Source of the DNA: Acidobacteriaceae bacterium
GTDB lineage: Bacteria > Acidobacteriota > Terriglobia > Terriglobales > Acidobacteriaceae
Direction of reading: 5' to 3'
Length of the DNA stretch: 64,000 nucleotides
NCBI GenBank assembly: GCA_965276615.1
Contig: OZ255618.1
Coordinates: 2,598,333 to 2,662,332, forward strand
Part shown: piece after piece, positions 47,855 to 57,273 of the stretch
How the letters are laid out: each line of letters begins with the position of its first letter
Position numbering within the stretch: position 1 is the first letter of the stretch
Notes under the pieces: model-generated
Databases searched by the model: none
What the model was told of the DNA's origin: nothing
What the model saw: the letters and a program-made list of their open reading frames with translations, nothing else
Position numbers and translations under genes: made by a program

Positions 47855-48417
47855 CGGCTGACCTCCACTGCATTCGATTCGGTTGCCGGCTTCCGCTCGC
47901 TGTAGACCTGCTGAATCGCGTCGGTAATGCCGACATACGCGCCGCATCGGCATAGGTTGCCGCTCATGCGCTCCTTCACTTCGGCTTCGGAGAACTCCAT
48001 CTGCGAGCCTGTCATACTCGCCGTAACAGCGCTGGGCAGGTCGCTCTCAAACTCCGCCATCATGCCGATTGCGGAGCATATCTGCCCTGGGGTGCAGTAG
48101 CCGCACTGAAAACCGTCGTGCTGGATGAATGCTGTTTGAAGAGGATGAAGACCCTCAGCGGTCGCAAGTCCCTCGATCGTGACGATTTTGCGTCCCTCGT
48201 ATTGAATCGCGAGCGCGAAGCACGAGTTGATGCGCTCACCGTCGACCAGGACCGTGCAGGCTCCGCATGCGCCTTGATTGCAGCCCTTCTTGGTTCCGAA
48301 AAGGTGAAGGTGCTCGCGCAGAGCGTCCAGCAGGGAGACACGGGCTTCAATTTCAAGCGTGTGCTCCATGCCGTTCACGTGCAGATTTACTGTATGTGCC
48401 TCGTTGGCCGGTTGCAT
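47851..48417 (-). CDS. (2Fe-2S)-binding small subunit of the molybdoenzyme
   Basis: CNQGACGACTV and CGYCTPG cluster motifs. There is no twin-arginine signal. Confidence 0.9.
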   Translation of the reverse strand: MQPANEAHTVNLHVNGMEHTLEIEARVSLLDALREHLHLFGTKKGCNQGACGACTVLVDGERINSCFALAIQYEGRKIVTIEGLATAEGLHPLQTAFIQHDGFQCGYCTPGQICSAIGMMAEFESDLPSAVTASMTGSQMEFSEAEVKERMSGNLCRCGAYVGITDAIQQVYSERKPATESNAVEVSR

Positions 48418-48846
48418 AGAGAGTGCTCCTTCGCTATTAGATGCGCCGAGCGGAAAATGTATCGTCCTTGGAGATCAGGTCTCGCGCTGTTTGTCATGCT
48501 TCGCCATGCATCCTGCGCCGCCCCGCATCTCGGAGGAAGCAGCAAGAGTTGAGGTGTGCCACGCGTAATTAGATGGCTATAACCGTTCCGAGGTTCTTGC
48601 ATTTATTGCAAAGGGCGTTATCAAATGATGTCAGACCGAGTTAAAGACGACTCACCTGCCCGGAGTAGATAGTCGCTTCGAACTGCGAATTCAAAATATG
48701 CCATCCGAAAGTCGCCGTCGATGCACTTGAAAAGCCAGAAAAGCCGATCCTTCTGGACTGCGCTTTAGCGCGAGTGTGAAGCTCGCGGTTGGCTTCGCTG
48801 CTGTCTCGCACGCGAAATGGAAATTAATGTTTAGGAAAGATGACAC

Positions 48847-49872
48847 ATGCGAGTAGGAATCATAGGTACCGGCGCCATCGCTCAGAAGCATGCGCAAGCC
48901 TATCAAAATATAGGATTTGAACTCACTGTTTGCACAAACACCACTGCATCAAAGGGAAAAAAGTTCGCCGACGCAACGGGAGCGGAATTTGTAGGAAGCT
49001 ACGAAGAGGTTTGCCGTCATCCAAAAGTGGACTACGTAGACGTCTGCACAATGCCCGACTTCCGGTTGCCTGTCGTGGAACTATGCGCAAGAACAAAGAA
49101 GCATGTTCTGGTGCAAAAGCCGATCGCGACAAACCTCGAAACAGCGCGGGCAATGATTGAAATCGCGCGCAAAGCCGGCATTCAGCTCGGTGTAGTGAGT
49201 CAGCATCGCTTCGACGATTCCACTCAATTCCTCAGTCAAGCAATTTCCGCTGGGCGTCTAGGTAAAATCCTCCAGGCGGATGCTTACGTAAAGTGGTATC
49301 GGTCCGCGGAATATTACAGCCGGCCTGTCAAAGGAAGCTGGGCCGGTGAAGGCGGCGGCGCACTGATAAACCAAGGAATACATCAGATAGACGTGCTGCT
49401 ATCGTTAGCTGGCCCTATAAAGCAGGTATCTGGATATTGGCAATTAGGCGCATTGCACAACATAGAATCGGAAGACGTGGTTAGCGCGTTATTGTCCTAT
49501 TCCTCCGGTGCGACGGGAGTGGTTCAGGCCTCAACAGCAATCTGGCCGGGATATCCGGAGCGGCTGGAAATCCACGGCACAAAGGGGACTGCGATCATCA
49601 CGGGTGACCGGCTGACCACATGGGACGTCAAAGACGAGAGCAGTAGCTCCGCGCCAGTCGCGGACACAGTGGCTTCAGGGGCTTCCGATCCGATGGCGAT
49701 TTCAACGCAGTCCATGGAACGGCAATTTGTCGATTTCGGTGAAGCCTGCAAAAGCGGCCGGGCTCCTCTAGTCTCCGGCGCGGATGGTTACCGGGCGCTG
49801 CAGGTGGTGACCGCCATCTATGCGTCCTGCAGGCAGGGCCACAATATCGATATCGATCAGGAGCCGCTTTAA
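48847..49872 (+). CDS. Gfo/Idh/MocA family oxidoreductase
   Basis: N-terminal Rossmann motif MRVGIIGTGAIAQKHAQA and an EKP-like VQKP motif. 341 aa. Confidence 0.9.
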   Translation: MRVGIIGTGAIAQKHAQAYQNIGFELTVCTNTTASKGKKFADATGAEFVGSYEEVCRHPKVDYVDVCTMPDFRLPVVELCARTKKHVLVQKPIATNLETARAMIEIARKAGIQLGVVSQHRFDDSTQFLSQAISAGRLGKILQADAYVKWYRSAEYYSRPVKGSWAGEGGGALINQGIHQIDVLLSLAGPIKQVSGYWQLGALHNIESEDVVSALLSYSSGATGVVQASTAIWPGYPERLEIHGTKGTAIITGDRLTTWDVKDESSSSAPVADTVASGASDPMAISTQSMERQFVDFGEACKSGRAPLVSGADGYRALQVVTAIYASCRQGHNIDIDQEPL

Positions 49873-49947
49873 ATTAGCAGGCTGAATTTCGAGTTCCCAA
49901 TTGATCTATTTACATCCGGCCCCCATGCGGACGCGATCAACAATGAT

Positions 49948-51159
49948 ATGAATGTCAAGATGGAATCACGCACGTTGGATCAGAAGAAACTATATACCCA
50001 ATACCGCAACCTGCTGCTCGACAACGTGGTTCCTTTTTGGCTGAAACACGGAATCGATTGGAAGCACGGCGGTGTATTGTCCTGCATGCGGGATGACGGA
50101 TCGATTGCCAGCGGCGACAAATTTATATGGTCGCAAGCCCGCTCCGTGTGGACCTTTTCCGCGCTTTATAATCGCGTCGAGAAGCGGCCGGAATTTCTCG
50201 CCGCAGCGGAAAACTCAATCCGCTTTCTCGTGGACCACGGACGAGACAAGGACGGCAAGTGGATTTATCATGCGGACCAGCAAGGCCGCGTGATCGAAGG
50301 CGCAACCAGCATCTATACCGACTGCTTCGTTGTCTACGGCTTCAGCGAATACTATCGCGCGGTTCGCGATGAACGTGTTCTTTCGATCGCGCAGGAAACG
50401 TTTGAGCGTGTGCGGCGACGCATCGAAGAACCGGATTTTCACGAAACAGCGCCATACCCATTACCGTCAGGCTGGAAGAACCACGGCATTCCGATGCTCA
50501 TGGCGGAAGTGACCAGCGAACTGGCACAGACCACAGGAGACGCCAGCCTTGAGCCGCTGATTGACAATTATGTTGCGCGGATCATGGACCATTTCGTCCG
50601 TCCGGAGCGGAAGGTTCTTCTCGAGTTCCTTACAGCAGACTACAAAGAAGTGCCGCCGCCCGCAGGAACATTCGTGATGCCCGGCCATGCCATCGAATCG
50701 ATGTGGTTTGTGATGCATGTAGCGCGCCGGCGCGGAGACAATGATCTAATCCGCCGTGCCGCTGAAGTGATCCGTTGGCATCTTGAAATGGGCTGGGACG
50801 AGGAATACGGCGGCATCTTCTTGTCGCAAGATATCGAAGGGCACGAGCCATATCTACCGCATTCAGAGAAGAAGCTATGGTGGCCTCACGTCGAAGCGAT
50901 CTATGCGACGCTGCTCGCTTATCGGCTCACCGGAGAATCGTGGTGCCTCGAATGGCACGAACGCGTGTCGGATTGGGCATGGTCGCATTTTCCCGCGCCG
51001 GAATTTGGAGAGTGGTATCAGCGTCTCACCCGGGAAGGGAAGCCGACCACAGAGGTCATCGCTCTCCCGGTAAAAGATCCGTTCCATCTGCCGCGCGCGG
51101 CTATTTTAATCATGCAGTTGATGGAAAGCTCACAGGATGCGCAGAGGTCGAAAGAATAG
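49948..51159 (+). CDS. N-acylglucosamine 2-epimerase (AGE) superfamily epimerase/isomerase
   Basis: Alpha/alpha-barrel AGE-like sequence (VPFWLKHGIDWKHGG, FIWSQARSVWTFS, LWWPHVEAIYA). 403 aa. Confidence 0.8.
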   Translation: MNVKMESRTLDQKKLYTQYRNLLLDNVVPFWLKHGIDWKHGGVLSCMRDDGSIASGDKFIWSQARSVWTFSALYNRVEKRPEFLAAAENSIRFLVDHGRDKDGKWIYHADQQGRVIEGATSIYTDCFVVYGFSEYYRAVRDERVLSIAQETFERVRRRIEEPDFHETAPYPLPSGWKNHGIPMLMAEVTSELAQTTGDASLEPLIDNYVARIMDHFVRPERKVLLEFLTADYKEVPPPAGTFVMPGHAIESMWFVMHVARRRGDNDLIRRAAEVIRWHLEMGWDEEYGGIFLSQDIEGHEPYLPHSEKKLWWPHVEAIYATLLAYRLTGESWCLEWHERVSDWAWSHFPAPEFGEWYQRLTREGKPTTEVIALPVKDPFHLPRAAILIMQLMESSQDAQRSKE

Positions 51160-52380
51160 ATGACAAGTTTGCGGTCGGTGAAGGCGAATATTCTACGCAA
51201 TTACAAGTTGACGGGCTGGAAAGACAGCATCGCTGGCCGCTGGAGTTATCGAGACCTGGCCGCCGACCCAGCCTGGTCTAAGGGTTGGATCAGTTTTGAT
51301 ACTGTTCGCTGGAACAGCAGCGACCGGAAACTTTATTGCGGCTTGAATTCTATCGACGGAGATTTGCTGTACGCGTTTGATCCTCGCAGCGGAGAATTTG
51401 AGTGTCTGAATACGAAGGAGTGGGCAGACGAGTTCGACGTCAAAATCCATCGGACTCTCCTTTTGAATCCCGACGATGGCTGTCTGTATTTCGCAACCTC
51501 TTTGCTGCATGATGTTGACCAGCAGCGGGAAGCAAAGGGCGGCAAGCTTGTTCGCTTCGATCCGGGGACGCGGAAGTACGATCTCCTGAGCGTTCCCGTC
51601 CCTCATCTCTATATCCAGTCCATCGCCGCGGACTGGCAGCGCAGAATCCTTTATGGCTTTACGTATCCTGCCGAAGCAATTTTCAAAATCGACCTTCGGA
51701 GCAAGTCATCGGAAATCCTCGCTTACATTGGAAACGCGATCATGTTCGCTCAGCCGCACAACGCCGTCGTGGATCGCGATGGCTGGCTGTGGGGAACCTA
51801 CGCCGAGACGCGCGCGTGGGATGAGACGACAGGCAAAACTCCGATACGGCTATTCAAATATCACCCGGAGGGTGACAGATTTGTTTGGTTCGATCACGGG
51901 CTGTCATTGCGTGCCGATCAAAAGCAACTACTCACCGACCCGCTTGTGCCACCGGGCGTGACCGGCACTCTCGGCGAAACCAGGCATAAAGAGGACTTCG
52001 GCTTTTGCGATTCGATGACCTATGACGGCGACCGTTACATTTACGCTGGCACCGTAGCGGGCGTACTGAGCCGGATCGATACGCAGACCGGCAAAGTGGA
52101 GAAGGTGGCGAATGTGATGGCCGCAAGCAGGTTGCCCGCTCTGACTATCCGCGATGGAATTCTTTTCGGCGGCGGCGGCATGCACGGCCACACACAACTT
52201 ATCCGTTGGGACCTCCAGAGCGATCGGATCGAGAGCTTCTCAAACCTGGTCGATCCGGAGATTGACGAACGTCCCGCGCGCATCCACGATATCGATGTAG
52301 ATGATGACCATCGAATTTATCTCGCGGAAAACGACAACCATGTTCGGTCCAGCTTTCTATGGACTGTCCACATTGACTGA
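51160..52380 (+). CDS. Uncharacterised repeat protein, probably a beta-propeller
   Basis: The ATG directly abuts the AGE stop. Seven to eight blade-like recurrences are visible (DGDLLYAFDP, DGCLYFATS, RILYGFTYP, DGWLWGTYA, DRFVWFDHG, DRYIYAGTV, DGILFGGGG, HRIYLAEND). Confidence 0.55.
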   Translation: MTSLRSVKANILRNYKLTGWKDSIAGRWSYRDLAADPAWSKGWISFDTVRWNSSDRKLYCGLNSIDGDLLYAFDPRSGEFECLNTKEWADEFDVKIHRTLLLNPDDGCLYFATSLLHDVDQQREAKGGKLVRFDPGTRKYDLLSVPVPHLYIQSIAADWQRRILYGFTYPAEAIFKIDLRSKSSEILAYIGNAIMFAQPHNAVVDRDGWLWGTYAETRAWDETTGKTPIRLFKYHPEGDRFVWFDHGLSLRADQKQLLTDPLVPPGVTGTLGETRHKEDFGFCDSMTYDGDRYIYAGTVAGVLSRIDTQTGKVEKVANVMAASRLPALTIRDGILFGGGGMHGHTQLIRWDLQSDRIESFSNLVDPEIDERPARIHDIDVDDDHRIYLAENDNHVRSSFLWTVHID

Positions 52381-52446
52381 TTTGATGGCAACCGCGCATT
52401 CAGGCAAACTTTGGAGTATGAAGAAAGTTTCTGTTTGCGGGAGAGC

Positions 52447-53595
52447 ATGATGGCATTCAAGTCGATCACAGGCCGCGATCCATCGAACGGGGAGCCAATC
52501 AAAATCTCCATTGATAACGGGCAGATTCAATCGATCACCCCGGGCCCTGCGGACGAGAGTGCCTGGTTGTCGCCGGGCTTTATCGATCTACAGGTGAATG
52601 GCTATCTTGGCAGCGATCTAAATTCAGGCATAGTCGATCCAGACGTTGTGATCTCGCTGACCCGGAAGATGATCTCAACCGGTGTCACCACCTATCTCCC
52701 CACAATCATCACAGCTTCCGAAGAGCGCATCCTCGCGGCCCTTCGCGCAATCGCGGAAGCGCGCCGCATCAGTCCACTCGTCGCTCACGCGGTCCCGTAC
52801 GTTCATGTGGAGGGCCCCTATATTTCGCTGGAAGATGGGCCCCGCGGAGCACACCCGCGGGAACATGTTCGTCCCGCCAGTCTTGCAGAATTCGACCGCT
52901 GGCAGGCAGCGTCCAATAATCTCGTCGGCATGGTAACCATCTCTCCACACCGCGACGACGCGCTGGAGTACATCTCCGTGCTCGCCAAAAAAGGAGTGGT
53001 AGTGGCGATCGGCCACAGCGACGCCACGCCGGCTCAGATCCGTGCCGCGACAGACGCGGGCGCAACGCTGTCCACGCATCTCGGCAATGGACTCGGCAGT
53101 CCGCTGCCCCGGCATCCGAACCTGCTGTGGGCGCAGCTTGCGGAGGATCGTCTCACCGCGTGCTTTATTGCCGACGGGCATCATCTTCCCGCTGACACGC
53201 TCCAGGTAATGTTGCGCGCCAAAGGAATCGGCCACTGTGTCCTGGTCTCCGATGTAGTCGCGTTGGGAGGAATGCCTGCAGGCATCTATGATGCCGAGGT
53301 CGGCGGCGCTGTAGAGGTAACCTCCGACGGATGCGTGAGGAGCGCCTCTGGTGGACGGTTCCTTGCGGGAGCCTACCGTCCTTTGATGGATGGCGTCGCG
53401 CGCGTCGCGGGAATGGATGGATTCTCGTTCAAAGACGCGATCCGGATGGCGACCCGGAATCCAGGCCAATTTGTCGGCGGTCGCGGAAGGCTGCGCGTCG
53501 GAGCCGACGCCGACCTCGTTCGCTTCCACTGGGATTCCGCTTCCACAAAATTGGAAATTCAGAGTGTGCTGGTGAAGGGCGAGGAATGTCTGTAG
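52447..53595 (+). CDS. nagA: N-acetylglucosamine-6-phosphate deacetylase (NagA) family amidohydrolase
   Basis: PGFIDLQVNGYLG resembles E. coli NagA FIDVQLNGCGG. Also STHLGNG and FIADGHHLP. 382 aa, the same length as E. coli NagA. The start was reset to ATG 52447. Confidence 0.8.
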   Translation: MMAFKSITGRDPSNGEPIKISIDNGQIQSITPGPADESAWLSPGFIDLQVNGYLGSDLNSGIVDPDVVISLTRKMISTGVTTYLPTIITASEERILAALRAIAEARRISPLVAHAVPYVHVEGPYISLEDGPRGAHPREHVRPASLAEFDRWQAASNNLVGMVTISPHRDDALEYISVLAKKGVVVAIGHSDATPAQIRAATDAGATLSTHLGNGLGSPLPRHPNLLWAQLAEDRLTACFIADGHHLPADTLQVMLRAKGIGHCVLVSDVVALGGMPAGIYDAEVGGAVEVTSDGCVRSASGGRFLAGAYRPLMDGVARVAGMDGFSFKDAIRMATRNPGQFVGGRGRLRVGADADLVRFHWDSASTKLEIQSVLVKGEECL

Positions 53596-54638
53596 AGGCC
53601 GAACAGATCAAGCCATGCCGGTCAGGCAGTCTCAACACGATAGTCGATCGGGACACGATACAGAATGTGATGGTTCGGCTGGGCCTGATGAAACCGGACG
53701 AGCCAATCAGGGTCGTAGAGCTGACCGGTGGAGTGTCTTCCACCATCCTCAGAATCGAAGGGCCCGGCGAAACATATTGTCTCAAGCAGGCTCTTCCCGC
53801 GCTCAAGGTCGCTCAACTGTGGAAAGCGCCGGTCGATCGAGTGTATGCGGAAATCGCCTGGTTGCAACTCGCACAGCGTATTGTGCCTGGCTGTGTTCCC
53901 CAGGTGTTGGGCATCGACAGGCTGACAAATAGTTTTGTGATGTCATTTCTGTCTCCCGACAACTTCCCAAATTGGAAGTCTGAGTTGTTGGCCGGACGAA
54001 TCGACTCATCCTTTGCGGCGGCAGTCGGGACTACCCTCGCTCGCATTCATAGCGCAACCGCCCACCAGGAAGAGGTCAGGCGCAACTTCGCGAATGACGA
54101 CAACTTCCTGACGCTGCGCCTCGATCCCTATCTGTTGGAGACAGCCAGGCGGCATCCCGATCTGGCAACACGTTTGCGCAGCCTGGTCGCTCGCACGCAG
54201 ACGCAAAAGCTTGCGCTTGTGCATGGCGACATCAGTCCCAAGAACATTCTCATCGGACCTTCCGGTCCGGTATTTCTCGATGCCGAGTGTGCCTGGTATG
54301 GCGATCCTGCATTCGACGTGGCGTTCTGTTTGAATCATCTTCTGCTCAAAAGCGCGGCGGATCGAAGCAATTCAGCATCACTGCTGCAGGCATTCGATGC
54401 GCTCGCCGGTGCGTATCTCTCGGGTGTCAACTGGGAGCCGGAACAAGACATCGAGTTCAGAATCGCAAGTTTAGTGCCCGCATTGGCGCTGGCCCGTATC
54501 AGCGGCAAGTCTCCTGTCGAATATCTCGACCCGGCTGCGCGCCAGCTCGTAATGAACGTTGCAGCGCCACTGGTCGCGCAACCGCCGATGCGGTTGGAAG
54601 ACCTGAAATCTGCGTGGAAGAAAGGATTCGACTTTTGA
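53586..54638 (+). CDS. APH-fold sugar kinase, methylthioribose-kinase (MtnK)-like
   Basis: LVHGDISPKNILIG...FLDAECAWYGDPAFDVAF parallels MtnK HGDLHTGSI...IDPEFAFYGPxGFD. It overlaps the nagA-like gene by 10 nt and the enolase-like gene by 4 nt. Confidence 0.7.
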   Translation: MSVEAEQIKPCRSGSLNTIVDRDTIQNVMVRLGLMKPDEPIRVVELTGGVSSTILRIEGPGETYCLKQALPALKVAQLWKAPVDRVYAEIAWLQLAQRIVPGCVPQVLGIDRLTNSFVMSFLSPDNFPNWKSELLAGRIDSSFAAAVGTTLARIHSATAHQEEVRRNFANDDNFLTLRLDPYLLETARRHPDLATRLRSLVARTQTQKLALVHGDISPKNILIGPSGPVFLDAECAWYGDPAFDVAFCLNHLLLKSAADRSNSASLLQAFDALAGAYLSGVNWEPEQDIEFRIASLVPALALARISGKSPVEYLDPAARQLVMNVAAPLVAQPPMRLEDLKSAWKKGFDF

Positions 54639-55921
54639 GCAACATCACAACCTTGCAGGCACGGCGCATTTGGGATTCACGCGGTCGGCCCACATTGGAG
54701 GTTGAAGTGACATTGGCCTGCGGCGCGGGTGGACGTGGCATAGCGCCGGCGGGTGCTTCACGCGGTCTGCACGAGGCGTTTGAGCTGCGGGATGGCACGT
54801 CCGTGCTGGCCGGCCTCGATGTACAAAAAGCATTGGCGGGAATTGTGCAAGAGATTCGCCCCGTGCTGATTGGGCACGACGCTCGCGAGCAATCGGTCAT
54901 CGATCAGCTTCTGATTGATCTCGATGGCACGCCCAACAAGTCCCGGCTTGGCGGAAATGCCCTGGTAGCGACTTCCATGGCTGTCCTGAATGCCGCCGCA
55001 GCTGCCGCCGGACTGCCACTCTGGCGCTACCTTGCTGCCGGAAATCCTGCAACTTTGCCATTGCCTCAAATCCAGATATTCGGGGGCGGCGCGCACGCCG
55101 GTCGCCGTATCGATATTCAGGACTTGATGGTCATCGCCATCGGTGCCCGCTCGTTTCAGGAGTGTCTGGTCATGACCGCTGAAGTTTACCGGTCCGGCGG
55201 GGAGCTGATGCGAAATCGAGGCCTGCTGGCCGGTGTCGCGGATGAAGGCGGCTGGTGGCCTGCGTTTGACAATAACGAGCAAGCGCTGGATACCTTGGTG
55301 CAGGCGATAGAGGCCGCCGGGTATGTGCCGGGAACCGATGTATCGATTGCACTCGATATCGCCGCGTCGGAGTTCGGTTCGAAGGGTCGATATCGTCTGG
55401 CGCTGGATGGGGTTGAACTGGACACGGACGGAATGTGCGAGCGCCTGTTGCGCTGGATCGAGCGATATCCCATCGTATCGATCGAAGACCCGTTGGCAGA
55501 GGATGACGAACCCGGGTGGATCGACTTTACACGGGCAGCGGGTTCGCAAGTACAAATAGTCGGAGACGATTATCTGGTAACCAATGCAGCACGAATCCAA
55601 GCCGCTGCCGCCCAGGGCGCCTGCAATTCCGTGCTGATCAAGCCAAACCAGGTTGGAACTATCACGGAGACACGCGCTGCGATCGAAAGTGCTCAGGCTG
55701 CCGGATTCTCCACAATCGTTTCAGCTCGCTCCGGCGATAGTGAAGACACAACAATTGTGCATCTGGCGACCGGCCTGAACATGGGACAGTTGAAAGTAGG
55801 CTCCTTCGCACGTTCGGAACGCATGGCCAAATGGAATGAAGGCGTGCGCATCGAGACAGGCCCGGATGAGATTCCACGTTTCGCGGGCGCGGGCGTACTC
55901 GCCGGACGTAGTTCAACCTAA
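54635..55921 (+). CDS. Enolase (phosphopyruvate hydratase) subgroup paralogue
   Basis: Collinear with E. coli Eno from IWDSRGRPTLEVEV to KWNEGVRIE. TTG start with AAGGA 9 nt upstream gives 13 residues before the DSRG motif, as in Eno. Confidence 0.8.
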   Translation: MSNITTLQARRIWDSRGRPTLEVEVTLACGAGGRGIAPAGASRGLHEAFELRDGTSVLAGLDVQKALAGIVQEIRPVLIGHDAREQSVIDQLLIDLDGTPNKSRLGGNALVATSMAVLNAAAAAAGLPLWRYLAAGNPATLPLPQIQIFGGGAHAGRRIDIQDLMVIAIGARSFQECLVMTAEVYRSGGELMRNRGLLAGVADEGGWWPAFDNNEQALDTLVQAIEAAGYVPGTDVSIALDIAASEFGSKGRYRLALDGVELDTDGMCERLLRWIERYPIVSIEDPLAEDDEPGWIDFTRAAGSQVQIVGDDYLVTNAARIQAAAAQGACNSVLIKPNQVGTITETRAAIESAQAAGFSTIVSARSGDSEDTTIVHLATGLNMGQLKVGSFARSERMAKWNEGVRIETGPDEIPRFAGAGVLAGRSST

Positions 55922-56042
55922 ATGTATTCGAAGAAACGACAATGCTGTGATTCGCTGATCAATTGCTGTGGAATGCTGAAGATGGCTGTAGTCTCCTTCG
56001 CTACAGCGGATTTACGTCACGAAATAAATAGGAGTCATTCCG

Positions 56043-56133
56043 AGTGCAGCGAGGAATCCAGAGAATATTCGCCTGGCGCGTGCTGCCATTATCTTTTGGA
56101 CTCTTCGCTGCACTCAGAATGATTCCGGTCAAT
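56043..56133. repeat. REP-like inverted-repeat element (copy E1)
   Basis: The arms TCATTCCGAGTGCAGCGAGGA (56044-56064) and TCTTCGCTGCACTCAGAATGA (56111-56131) are complementary at 19 of 21 positions. It lies in the enolase-rhaT intergenic region. Confidence 0.75.
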
Positions 56134-56213
56134 CATAATTGCAGTGTTCATAAATCGCTCTACTAGACATCATTCGCTGGAGACTCCACGCATCCAGTCC
56201 GAGATAGGAACCC

Positions 56214-57266
56214 ATGCACTTTACGGCGTCTGTTCTGGTTTTCGGAATTGCCTGCGCCATCATCTCTGGCATCATGAATGGGATTTTCACTTTGCCCATG
56301 AAATATCTCGGACAATGGCCATGGGAAAATGTGTGGGCGCTGGTTATGCTGGTGCCCTGCGTCATCCTGCCGTTTGCTGTGGTCTTGATCGCAGTTCCAG
56401 GATTCATCCATGTGCTTGGAACTGCGCCGACCTACGCGATCGTGTCGGCCTGCCTCTGCGGATTCGCATGGGGCTTCGGAGCCATCATGTTCGGCCAGGG
56501 CGTCTCGGCCATCGGAATCTCCATGGGCAACACGCTGGCGCTCGCCATCAGCGCATCCTTCGGATCGGTGCTTCCGATTCTGGTGTTGGCTCCCGCACGG
56601 TTGCATCTGCCTCAAGGCAAGGCAATCGTTCTGGGCACGCTCGTCGGTATTCTTGGCATTGCATGTTTTGGCTATGCGGGTTTTCGCAGGGAACGCAGCC
56701 AGAGAGGGAACGAGGAGAAAACGCGCGGCGACATGGTGGGCCACGCTCGGCCTTTCGCCATTGGCCTTCTGTTGTGTACCGGATCGGGTCTGCTCTCCGC
56801 CGTCTTCAATATCGGATACAGCCTGGCGCAGCCGGTAATGCAGACCGCCGTTCGTATGGGGCACAGCACCTTCGCGGGAACGAATGTGATCTGGCTCCTG
56901 ATGCTCACCTGTGGATCGGTGCCCAGCCTGGTTTTTTGCGGATATCTCTTCAAGAAAAATGGCACATGGAAGCAGTATGCGGCACCCGGCTCGATGCGTT
57001 TATACATCCTGGTCATCGGCATGGGCTTGATGTGGGGCGGACACACCTACCTCTACGGATTAGCTTCGCCAAAACTGGGTAAACTGGGTCCCGCAATCGG
57101 ATGGCCGCTTACCCTCATGGCGGGATTGCTGACAGTGAACACGTGCGGATTTCTCGCCGGTGAATGGAAGCTCACCCGCCTGCGAGATCGTCAGTGGATG
57201 GTGTTGGGCCTCTTGGTCACGCTTGCGGCCATAGCCGTGCTTGGATGGTCGAGCACATTAGGGTAG
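56214..57266 (+). CDS. RhaT-family sugar:proton symporter
   Basis: 350 aa with about 10 TM segments. WPWENVW vs E. coli RhaT WSWETMW, and C-terminal LAGEWK vs LKEWN. Confidence 0.7.
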   Translation: MHFTASVLVFGIACAIISGIMNGIFTLPMKYLGQWPWENVWALVMLVPCVILPFAVVLIAVPGFIHVLGTAPTYAIVSACLCGFAWGFGAIMFGQGVSAIGISMGNTLALAISASFGSVLPILVLAPARLHLPQGKAIVLGTLVGILGIACFGYAGFRRERSQRGNEEKTRGDMVGHARPFAIGLLLCTGSGLLSAVFNIGYSLAQPVMQTAVRMGHSTFAGTNVIWLLMLTCGSVPSLVFCGYLFKKNGTWKQYAAPGSMRLYILVIGMGLMWGGHTYLYGLASPKLGKLGPAIGWPLTLMAGLLTVNTCGFLAGEWKLTRLRDRQWMVLGLLVTLAAIAVLGWSSTLG

Positions 57267-57273
57267 GCCGCGA

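Noticed and set aside
53331-53585. Long N-terminal extensions in the ORF track. Affected ORFs are 53331-54638, 54287-55921, 38102-41845, 36405-37754, 6587-7657, 15794-16168, 46859-47953, 59388-60476 and 35347-36303.
   Set aside because: The extensions overlap the upstream gene or lack homology. Internal starts with SD sequences give N-termini that match the family (signal peptides, Rossmann folds, the enolase N-terminus).
55922-56122. 66-aa ORF (MYSKKRQCCDS...HSECSEESRE...DSSLHSE) between the enolase-like and rhaT-like genes
   Set aside because: It reads straight through both arms of the REP-like inverted repeat and has no SD, so it is a translation artefact of the repeat.
56144-57082. 312-aa plus-strand ORF overlapping the RhaT-family gene in another frame
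   Set aside because: The product is Arg/His-rich and non-membrane. The 56214-57266 frame gives a coherent roughly 10-TM RhaT-like protein.
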